Shown: positions 1 through 8,629 of the stretch, in pieces
How the letters are laid out: every line of letters begins with the position of its first letter
How positions within the stretch are numbered: the first letter of the stretch is position 1
Assembly: GCA_054600435.1 (NCBI GenBank)
Contig: BAAIJX010000072.1
Span: forward strand, 62,001 to 86,047
Source: Neophaeotheca triangularis
Lineage: Eukaryota
DNA: 24,047 nt
Direction: 5' to 3'
The notes under the pieces: generated by a model
Told to the model about the DNA's origin: nothing
The model's database searches: none
The model's input: the letters and a program-made list of their open reading frames with translations, nothing else
Translations under genes and position numbers: made by a program

Positions 1-611
1 TTGCATGACGGCTTGGTCGGCGGTGGTTGTGGGTTTGGTTCCCTGGCTTTCTCGCCGTTGGGGGAGGGGGTGTTGTTTGTAGGGGGCGTGAGTGGGATGA
101 TTTGGGATGGGGTTGGGGTTGAAGGGGGTTATTGGTCGTGGGTTTTGTCGGGGGGTGGGGAGGAAGGAGTCTGGCTGCGCGAGTTGGGGTGGTGGCGTGA
201 GGAGTGGGTTCGTGGTTGGGGGTTACTGGATTTCATGGGATGTGGATTCTGGTGGGTCGGGGGGGATGGGGTGGTTGGTGAAGGGGCCAAGGTCTGATGG
301 GAGCGTTCAGGATAGTGGAGGTTGATAGGGGGGGTTTTGATGAGGGGGTGTGGTTATGGTCTTTGGTTCGGGGACTGAGGCGGTTGGTGTTGGATACTTG
401 CTCTTGAGACTGGTTTTGGAGGTCGACTGCAGTCGTCGCGAGGGAGCGAGATCTGAGTCTGTTGCTGCTGCAGGCTATCTACATGGGGACGGGGGGTTCG
501 CATTGGTTTTCCATGCGCTACCGAGTTGACTATGTCCGTTGGTGAGTACCCCTTTTCTTCCAAGCTTCAGACCTCCTTTTGCTTGCTTTTCCTGCCTTCG
601 ACTTGGTGTAT

Positions 612-643
612 GTGAGGTGAGGTGAAGTGAGGTGAGGTGAGGT
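612..643 (+). repeat. Pentamer tandem repeat (GTGAG)~6
   Basis: gtgaggtgaggtgaagtgaggtgaggtgaggt. Confidence 0.85.
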
Positions 644-787
644 TGAAACCGGCAAAGCTTTGCACCTGCCCCGTCCAGCAGTTTCGTTCCTTCCTCCTTG
701 AAGGACCTCGTCCCTTCTACTTTCTACTCGATACTTGCCACCCGCACGCCAAAGCTCGTGCCTTCCACGCTCTGCGACTTCCCCAGA

Positions 788-813
788 CTTACCTTGCCTT
801 ACCTTACCTTACC
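788..813 (+). repeat. Pentamer tandem repeat (CTTAC)~5
   Basis: cttaccttgccttaccttaccttacc. Confidence 0.8.
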
Positions 814-991
814 GCATCCTAGGCGCGCGACCTACCTAGCCCCGTCCTCTCGACCTCTGCGACCCACCTTCACCTAACCTACCCCTCTCACGCAACGACA
901 TCGCGACATCTCATCCACCACAGACTCACCACCTTACTTACCTCGCTCATCCAACACACACGACAACTTTATCCACACCGCGCAACGCATT

Positions 992-1015
992 GCACCGCAC
1001 CGTACCGCACCGCAC
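992..1015 (+). repeat. Pentamer tandem repeat (GCACC)~5 just upstream of the gene 1 ATG
   Basis: gcaccgcaccgtaccgcaccgcac. Confidence 0.8.
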
Positions 1016-1040
1016 TGTATTGCATCTCATCCCCGCCAGC

Positions 1041-3248
1041 ATGCGCTACCAAGACTGGGACATCCTGCTCTTCCCCTCGGGCGACCACGTGCCGGTACAA
1101 GAGTTCAAGACGGCTTGTTACGCTGTGCGCGACACCTTCAACAATGGAGCTGGTGGTGGTAAGTCTTCGCCTAAATTCTCCCAATCCTAGAGATGGAAAG
1201 GAAGAAATGAAATGCTAACAGCTAGCGTGATTTGTAGGTGGCGATTTGATGCCTCTCCTGACTTCCTTTATCCCCTCTCTCCCTGCCGGCTCGCCTTTTG
1301 CCATTTCGGTGCACTCGTGGAGCCAGCAGTCGCCCGTCCCGAACAATGAGATCGACTTGTCCGCTTTGGCGCTGGAGTGGCAGATCAAGGTCACGGTGGA
1401 TGGATATGTGGTTTGGTAAGTTGTAATCCCTGTGCGTATTGCTAACATGACTACCTACTAACGCTCTTCGCCCCAGCAAAGAACACCTCCCCGCCAACAC
1501 GGTCTGGCCCAAGGTCGTCAGTCGTAAGGAACCACTCTTTTCTCCTCCTCCTGAAAACATCGATCCGAGTCTAACCACGCCATCAGCGGCCGGCCAGGAC
1601 GTGGAGATTCGCGCCAAATTGTCGTTTCCGGCTTTCGACCCTGCTGTACTTTCACAACACCTCTGGAGCCCAATCGATCAGGCTGGTCGTATCAAGATTG
1701 AGATCCTGGGCGGCTACTCTCGTGAAAGGAATGGGGATATGGAGTTCATGAGACTGGCAAATATCGCGACCTTTGCGTTTCAGCCGGCGCCAATTGGTGA
1801 GTTTGCCCTTCTCCTTTGGCGAGATTGAATGCTTCTGCGTTGCAATTTACAAATGCTGACAATTTACAGAACTCCTCGAGCGCAACAGGATTGCCTGGCC
1901 GAACCCGTCCATGTTCACCAACCCGCTCAACTCACAAGGTCCCCTTACAACGCCTGTAAGTGGGTTGCCAGGTTCTGCCGATGGTCGTTCGAAAAACTAC
2001 ATGCACGATCGCAAGACCAGCTGGAGCAGTATGAACTTGTCGTCTCCCATGGGCGCGATGCCAGGCCCGCCACCTTCGACTCCCGTCAACAGTAAGGAAT
2101 CGCAAGGCCTACGCACTCTCCCAGACTTCAGCAACCGCTTCAACGCCCGCGACATCAGCTCCAGTACTTCGTCTTCTTCATCGTATCCCACCATCGCACT
2201 CCCCGCCAATCACTTCATGACTCACACTTATCCCAGCGCGCTCGCCACTGGTCCGCCGAAACAGCCTCTTGAGTTCCGACTGCCGTCCGATCAAATTCGC
2301 CAGATCATCGACGGCCTAGGTCGTCCACGTGGAGACGGGTTATATGGCGAGCTACAACGTTCGCAGGACGATGCCTCGATGATGCCTCCACCCCCTGCTC
2401 CCGCGTTCGCCAGACAGAAGAAGGATGTCGGGCAGTACGGTTCATACGGCAACGCTGATATGAGTGCGTCCTACCGCGAAGGTGAAGCTAATCGTCGTGG
2501 CATGTCCCGTAGCTCTGATGTCAGCATGCACGCTGGGTGTGTAGACTACCCTAACTGCATTCACGAAGATGCCGACGGCAAGCTCTTCCACGATGCCCCA
2601 AGCACGCCAGCTACAGTGGTTAGGGGAAAGAAAGAGGGTGCACCGCCAATGGCTGCTCGTAAGAGTCTCCGAGTCAACCTGTTGGCCAACGTTAACAAAT
2701 CTACAGCCCGCGACTTTCTCTCGAAACTTCTCGACCCTCCCGCCCTAGCCGCCACAACCACGGCTCAGCAGGCCCAACCATATCAACCAGTTCTCGGCTC
2801 CTCGCCAACATCAGCGCTAAACGTCGAGACCCATACCACTGTCCTTACCTCTTCCAGCCCCGCTGATACCACTAAAGGGCCCGACTCTTCCAACTCGACG
2901 TCTCGAAAGCGCACGCGCTCGTCTCTCAAACCGAACTCTGCCAACAATAGCGGCTCGCCGACTGAGAAGAACGATGCCGCTGCTGCCATTCCTGCAAAAC
3001 CTAAGCGAAAGTCCAGTAGGAAGGCGAGTACTGCTGCCAATACGACGACCGCGACGACCGCAACGACTACCCGGGATACGACTATGGATGGTGCCGACGA
3101 CGCTATCATCGTTGCTTCTGGTGGCAGTGCTGGTGTTGAGGTTGAGAAGGAGAATGTGGATCTCGAAGTGCTAGGTCAACCTCAAACCAATGCTGGGCTG
3201 ATGGGTGAAGCTGCCGGCAAGAGTGTTGAGGGTACTGAGAATACCTAG
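1041..3248 (+). CDS. Conserved uncharacterised Pezizomycotina protein, ~643 aa; join(1041..1158,1238..1415,1477..1523,1587..1796,1870..3248)
   Basis: Four GT..AG introns (donors GTAAGT 1159, GTAAGT 1416, GTAAGG 1524, GTGAGT 1797; branch points GCTAAC/ACTAAC/TCTAAC/GCTGAC) join in consistent phase into one 1932-nt frame. The N-terminal blocks MRYQDWDILLFP..VPVQEFKTACY, LLTSFIPSLPAGSPFAISVHSW, LSFPAF..W..GRIKI and FAFQPAP.ELLE..IAWPN resemble a fungal hypothetical family I recognise but cannot assign a function. The C-terminal part is low-complexity S/T/P/A with basic NLS-like patches (SRKRTRS, KPKRKSSRK). Confidence 0.85.
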
Positions 3249-3619
3249 AAAGTTCTTTATGAGGCTATGGCTGCGATTTGAGTTGTGAATGGGGATGGGG
3301 GTGATTGCTGGGCCAGGGTGTTCATTCCTCGTGGTGAGTTCTGCGGAGTGGCTTAGTTTTCTAAGGGGTCATTTTCCGGAGGAGGGTCTTTCTAATGGGT
3401 TTCTTTCTGATGGGGAAACTTTTTTCTCGATACTCTTCTCTTTGTTCGACTTAGGCCATTCCATGCTGAGGAAGACCTCTTTCCGACGGAGGGTCTTTTC
3501 AGAAATTCAGACGCTGATGTTTTCCTCACGGGGGTTTCCTCGACGGAGGTGGCGTCTTCTGCCGCTTCGACAGCCGTCAATCGATGATGAGGCTGTTCAA
3601 GGGTGGTTTCTCTTCTTGC

Positions 3620-5280
3620 TGAAAAAGACCAGCCAAAAAGCATTTCTAGCTCGCGAGGTCGATAGACCATTTGCTCCGCTCCGTCTACGCCTCGAAAGCG
3701 GCGCGAGTGCACTTTGCTCGAAAGGCGGAACAGTTTATATCATCCCGTATTCAGGAGACACTTCCTTCTCGAATTCCTTGCCAAGTTGCTTCATACACTG
3801 AGTGCTTTGTGTTGCATCGCTCGCTCCCACCCTACTACTTAAGCCAATGCCCTAGTAGTCGTGATAAGCCTGCGGGTAGCGTTCCAGCTCCCTCGCCTCT
3901 CCTCACGCACACCTTATCAGACAGGCGCCCAGCCTATTGCAGCACGCGCGAATCCAGACCCCCGTCCCCCCCGACCTTCAGCTGTGTATATACATAGTCA
4001 GCTGTCAAGAGTCTGTGCACCACCTTACCCTCAAACCGGACTCAGACGAAGCGACGGCCCGACGGCAAGTTAGCCTTTAGCCGCGAGAGTAGCCCGGTGC
4101 CCATCTCGCTCGCACATGCCTGCTTGCCGTTCGACGGACGCCATGAACGCCAGCGAAGCGTCCGGTGCTCCGACGCCGCCCTGTTTCGACAGCTCCGATG
4201 GGGGTTGGTCGGTCGGTCGGCCGGTCGGAAACGGCTGCATTTCCGCCCTTTCAATGCCGCATCGCTCGTTTTGGCTAACAGCTAGCTAGTGGAAGCAGGC
4301 CATCGAAGGACATCCGTGACGTAAATCAAGCTGTTCGTGGCCGGTTGGATTGCGACCTTTTTTTTTTTTCGGTCTTGCCTTAAAGACAGACTTCTTCCTT
4401 GCCACGCAGTGGAGGAGTGTCCAAAGTAGTCGTTTGCGCAAGAGAGAAACTCGACCGCTCTTTACCGCTTGGGTTGGCAGTGGGGCTGGCGTTTACCAGG
4501 GGCAATGGGTGAGATTGACTTGGCCCTCAACAATGTATCTTGCTGGCGCCTTATTGAGGAATGGCTGGTTTGCTTTTTTTTGGAATTTGGTTCGGTGGAG
4601 GTGGAGTTCGAACTTTGGGCTTTGGTTGTGTGTTTGGGGTAGTTGGTTGGGGGTCCCATTGGGATAGGGGAGGGGGGGGTCGTACGTACTGGGTTCGGTA
4701 GTGTTGGTAGGTGCTGAGGGTGTTTTGGCGGGGGGTTTGTGGTTTGATGACTTGTTTTGTTGGATTGGGGTCGGGGTCTGTGGGACCGTGGAGTTGGGGG
4801 TATGTCTTTTAGTTCGCGTCGCAATGGTAGGGAGTGGACGCTTCGCTTGTCTATCGTGGGTAGGTTTCTTGGATATCCTGAGTCCTACCCGCTGCGCTTT
4901 CTAGTTCGTGTGGATGGAGTGACATTTGAAGTTGTTTGAGGTCTACGGATAGCTTTGGTCCTCGGAGTCTTGGTTCGCAAGAGGAGCCAGTCCCTCAATC
5001 AGGGCGAGGAGCGGGCAAACCTCCGTGCGAGGACTCAGTTGACTGACCGCTTTGCCCTTTGTTTCGCTTCAGTAGTCTTGCTGGTCTTGGGAGATGAATT
5101 GTGCTATACTGTGCTATTTGAGCGAGATGAACGGACGGCCCCATGAGGGTAGATGGGTAAATTGAACAGCTACTTGCCGTCCTGCAGCAACCTAGTCCGT
5201 GGGGTGGTGGCATCGTCTACCGTATAGGATCCTTCTTCTAGGTGGCTGGTCCACTCTATTGGTTGCGAAACAAAACAAGT
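3620..5280 (+). ncRNA. TER: Candidate telomerase RNA (TER), ~1.6-1.7 kb, ends approximate
   Basis: No credible CDS between two convergent genes. Template-like CCTTACCCT at 4023-4031. Pseudoknot: P2 TTGCG 4350-4354 with CGCAA 4437-4441, U12 loop 4358-4369, P3 GTCG-TTT 4429-4435 with AAA(CT)CGAC 4447-4455, and a stem-loop insert at 4370-4428. Core-enclosing helix 3867-3881 with 4456-4475. Nested long-range pairs include GACCAGCCA 3627-3635 with TGGCTGGTC 5243-5251. All pairings were found by eye. Confidence 0.7.
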
Positions 5281-5511
5281 GAATCAAAGCTTTGAGTGTT
5301 CTTAGAACTAAGCGGATTTAATTCAATGTCATACTTTCCAATGCTTACATGAATACTTAGGCACAGCATAAACAGAACAAGAACACGAAGTGACAGGACC
5401 CACCTACTCTGTGAAACAGATTGAAAGCATCCTAGTAGCCGTATCCATATCTACACACGCTCCCAGACTCCGGAACTCAACCCCACTCTCACAGCACTTC
5501 CGCGCAAAAGC

Positions 5512-6272
5512 CTAAGCATGCCAAATCCTCTTGATACCCTCAGTCAAACCCACATCGTTCGTCTCAAACTCGTAAAACCCAGCGCCAACGATCAAGAAGC
5601 AGGCGTTCAGCGTCCACATCAGGAACCTGCGAACGTTGGGGACGCGCCATCTGGGAAAGTAGTCGATTATGCAGGATCTGTGGGGAGGAGAAGGTGTTAG
5701 TTTGAATTGCGCTTTGCGTGACATGTGGCGGAAGATCGCTGCCTAGGATTCGGGAGGGAATGGCGCTTACTGGAAACCAATGTGCGAGTGGAGGAGGGTG
5801 AGACCGATCAAAAGACCATCCATGGCTGGGTTGAGGGAGCCAGCGGCGAAGGGCGCGATGGTGAGGGGGACCAGAGCTGCGGAGACGGCTCTGTTTTGTT
5901 GGGCGATCATTAGCATGTGTACTCTCTCTTGTGCTGTCCCTTGCCGTGGGACTTGATCTTCCTTCATGCATGAAAGCCATACCTCTCCATGGCCCAGTGG
6001 TAACTGCCATGGGCATATTCCGGCTCAGGGACCTTGACGGCTTCGTTGACGGAGCCCTTGATCTTTTGGGGAAGGGGTGGCAGAATCTTGCGGGAAGAGG
6101 ATGTTTGGAAGCCGGCTACGCGAATCGCATTCTGGGCGATTGGGGAGGGTTGGAGAGCTGTTTGCCGAGCGGTTTGTGATCGGAGGGCCGGGAGGATGGA
6201 TGTGGTGGTTGACCGGGCGGTGGGAGCGCTGAAAGCTAGGCGCAGGGCCGGAGAGCGGAGAGCGGAGGCCAT
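5512..6272 (-). CDS. SDH4: Succinate dehydrogenase cytochrome b small subunit (SdhD/CybS), 191 aa; complement(join(5512..5677,5771..5890,5983..6272))
   Basis: Basic, acid-free presequence. Motifs ILPPLPQ, HGSYHW..ER, HSHIGFQSCIIDY and YEFETNDVGLTEGIKRIW. Introns 5891-5982 (GTATGG..GCTAAT..CAG) and 5678-5770 (GTAAGC..CTAAC..CAG) keep frame; the CDS is 576 nt. Confidence 0.96.
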
Positions 6273-6614
6273 GGTAAGGGTGGTGGTGGAGGTGGAGGTG
6301 GGTATCGTTGGGTAAAGAGAGGCGCAGAGCAGGTATGGCAGTATACGGGTGTACCTAGGTAATGTTTGGATGTCGTCGACGAGCTAGTCGGCTTGTCTCG
6401 GCAGCCAATCGTCTTCTTGATGATTCGGAACGAGGGAAGTTGCACCAGGGTTAGGGTAGCGACATGGCCATTCCTTGGCAAATCGGACAATCCCGTCTCT
6501 CCCAGACTGGCTTCCGAGACGCAACAGCAGAGCAGACGAGAAAACACCTCCCAAGCTCGACCACACCCCCTCTCTTCTCCCACCCACGCCATCGCCTCTC
6601 GATATACCGCAGCA
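6273..6614. promoter_or_regulatory. 342-bp divergent promoter region shared by SDH4 and MPP-beta, with a CCAAT box plus HapX-type submotif at 6405-6426
   Basis: ATGs at 6272 (-) and 6615 (+). The sequence CCAAT(6405-6409)-cgtcttcttgat-GAT(6422-6424) matches the CBC:HapX consensus CSAAT-N12-RWT and lies within GATGATTC. Confidence 0.6.
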
Positions 6615-8164
6615 ATGGCTTCCAAACGCCTGGCCATGACCCTGCACCAGGGACTCCGCAGCCAGCGCGCGCTGCGCTCCCTGAAGCCGCAGGGCACCAC
6701 CAACCTCACCCGCAGCCTGGCTACTCCTGTGAGCCACGGCAGCACCACCCAGAGTACTACGCTCAGCAATGGCTTCACCGTAGGTCTCCCCAGCCATGTC
6801 CTATTCTGCATGAGATGATGGAGTAGTTTGCGGAGGACAATGGCGTGATGGCAGCGCGCTAAGACAGCATACAGATTGCCACAGAGCACTCTCCCTACGC
6901 CCAAACCTCGACCGTAGGTGTCTGGATCGATGCCGGCTCGCGTGCAGAGACCGACCGCACAAACGGCACTGCTCACTTCCTCGAGCACTTGGCTTTCAAG
7001 GGCACACAGAAGCGCTCGCAGTCGCAACTCGAGCTGGAGATTGAGAACATGGGCGGCCACCTCAACGCCTACACATCTCGCGAGAACACCGTTTACTACG
7101 CAAAAGCCTTCAACAGCGATGTGCCCGCCACTGTCGACATCCTCTCGGATATCCTTCAGAACAGCAAGCTGGAGCAGTCTGCAATTGAGAGGGAAAGGGA
7201 CGTCATTCTCCGCGAACAGGAAGAGGTGGACAAGCAGATGGAGGAAGTTGTCTTCGACCACTTGCACGCTACCGCCTTCCAGGGCCAGCCCCTTGGGCGC
7301 ACCATTCTCGGCCCCAAGGAGAACATCCAGACCATCTCCCGCGACGATCTCACAAACTACATCAAGACCAACTACACTGCCGACCGCATGGTTCTGGTTG
7401 GTGCTGGTGGCATCCCCCACGAGCAGCTCGTCGACCTAGCGGAGAAGCACTTCTCCAACATGCCTGCGACCAACCCCAACGCCCAAGCCAACGCCTCGGT
7501 CCGTGGTCTCCAGAACAAGCCCGACTTTGTCGGCTCTGAAGTGCGGATACGCGATGACACCATGCCAACTGCCAACATTGCGCTCGCCGTCGAGGGTGTG
7601 AGCTGGAAGGATGACGACTACTTCACCGGTCTGGTGGCTCAGGCCATCGTCGGTAACTGGGACCGCGCCATGGGCAACTCGCCCTACCTTGGCAGCAAGC
7701 TCTCCACTTTCATCCACGAGCACAAGCTCGCCAACTCTTTCATGTCCTTCAGCACTTCTTATTCTGACACTGGTCTCTGGGGTATCTACCTCGTCTCTGA
7801 CAACGTCACCCGTCTCGACGACCTGGTCCACTTCACTCTCCGCGAGTGGTCGCGCCTCTCCTACAACGTGACCGAGGCTGAGACCGAGCGCGCCAAGGCC
7901 CAGCTCAAGGCCTCCATCCTGCTATCTCTTGACGGTACGACCTCCGTCGCTGAGGACATTGGCCGTCAAATCATTACCACTGGCCGCAGACTTTCGCCGG
8001 AGGAGGTCGAGCGCGTTGTCGGCCAGATTACCGAGAAGGACGTCATGCGTTTCGCCAAGGAGAAGCTGTGGGACAAGGACCTGGCCATCAGCGCCGTTGG
8101 CCAGATCGAGGGTGTGTTGGACTACGCGAGAATCAGGTCAGACATGAGCAGGTTGGTGTCATAG
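6615..8164 (+). CDS. MAS1: Mitochondrial processing peptidase beta subunit (M16 family; also bc1 core protein in filamentous fungi), 484 aa; join(6615..6779,6875..8164)
   Basis: Presequence MASKRLAMTL..RSLATP. One intron, GTAGGT 6780 to CAG 6874. Zinc motif HFLEH in NGTAHFLEHLAFKGT, plus LNAYTSRE, ERERDVILRE and FSTSYSDTGLWGIY. Confidence 0.97.
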
Positions 8165-8629
8165 AGTAGAGATGGAGGAAAGGAAAAGAGCGCGCGCAAT
8201 GGGGTTTGTAGTGTAATCTCATAGATGCTGCTTTCGCCGCAGGAGGCGGCGCGAGAGGATTGTACATTTAAGCCTTCTTGCTTCCTAATCATTCTCTTTG
8301 CCCTGGTACGTTGTGACATCTGTCTCCACGCGCTCCCGTCGCCGTCCTGCGTGCCTTGTGACTTGTCAATCGGAATTGGTCGTACCCCACACCAAACATC
8401 CCCACCATCGCCAACTTCGTACCTACATCCTAGGTACATAACCTCGAGAACCTCAAATAAAAAATTACGTAGAAATGTGAAAACCTCAGCCAGCACCGCG
8501 ACCTCAAGGTCTCGCGCGCATATCACACGCGTCCTCCGATCCACCATACCCCCTGATCCAGGTCCCCACGCCTAGACCACCGCCAGCAGCTAACCCACCC
8601 ACCAACCTCCATCCGTTCAAACAAAGCAA

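Noticed and set aside
354..563. 69-aa - strand ORF
   Set aside because: TTG start, low complexity, no splice-supported continuation.
3289..3801. 170-aa + strand ORF after gene 1
   Set aside because: F/S/L/R-rich with no recognisable motif; it overlaps the gene 1 3' UTR and the paired 5' arm of the candidate TER.
4065..4281. Possible GC-AG intron (GCAAGT ... GCTAAC-AG) of a small hidden protein gene
   Set aside because: No sensible flanking coding exons. The segment is better explained by RNA helices (ACGGCAAG 4062-4069/CTTGCCGT 4123-4130; 4045-4054/4262-4270).
3900..4300. RNase P / MRP RNA as the identity of the structured region
   Set aside because: I could not find a paired CR-I/CR-V (P4) signature; the architecture fits TER better.
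6446..6457. CCCTAACCCT on the - strand as a canonical TER template
   Set aside because: It lies in a 342-bp divergent promoter immediately upstream of the SDH4 CDS, with no room for a pseudoknot.
6236..7420. 394-aa - strand ORF
   Set aside because: Antisense shadow of the codon-biased MPP-beta gene.
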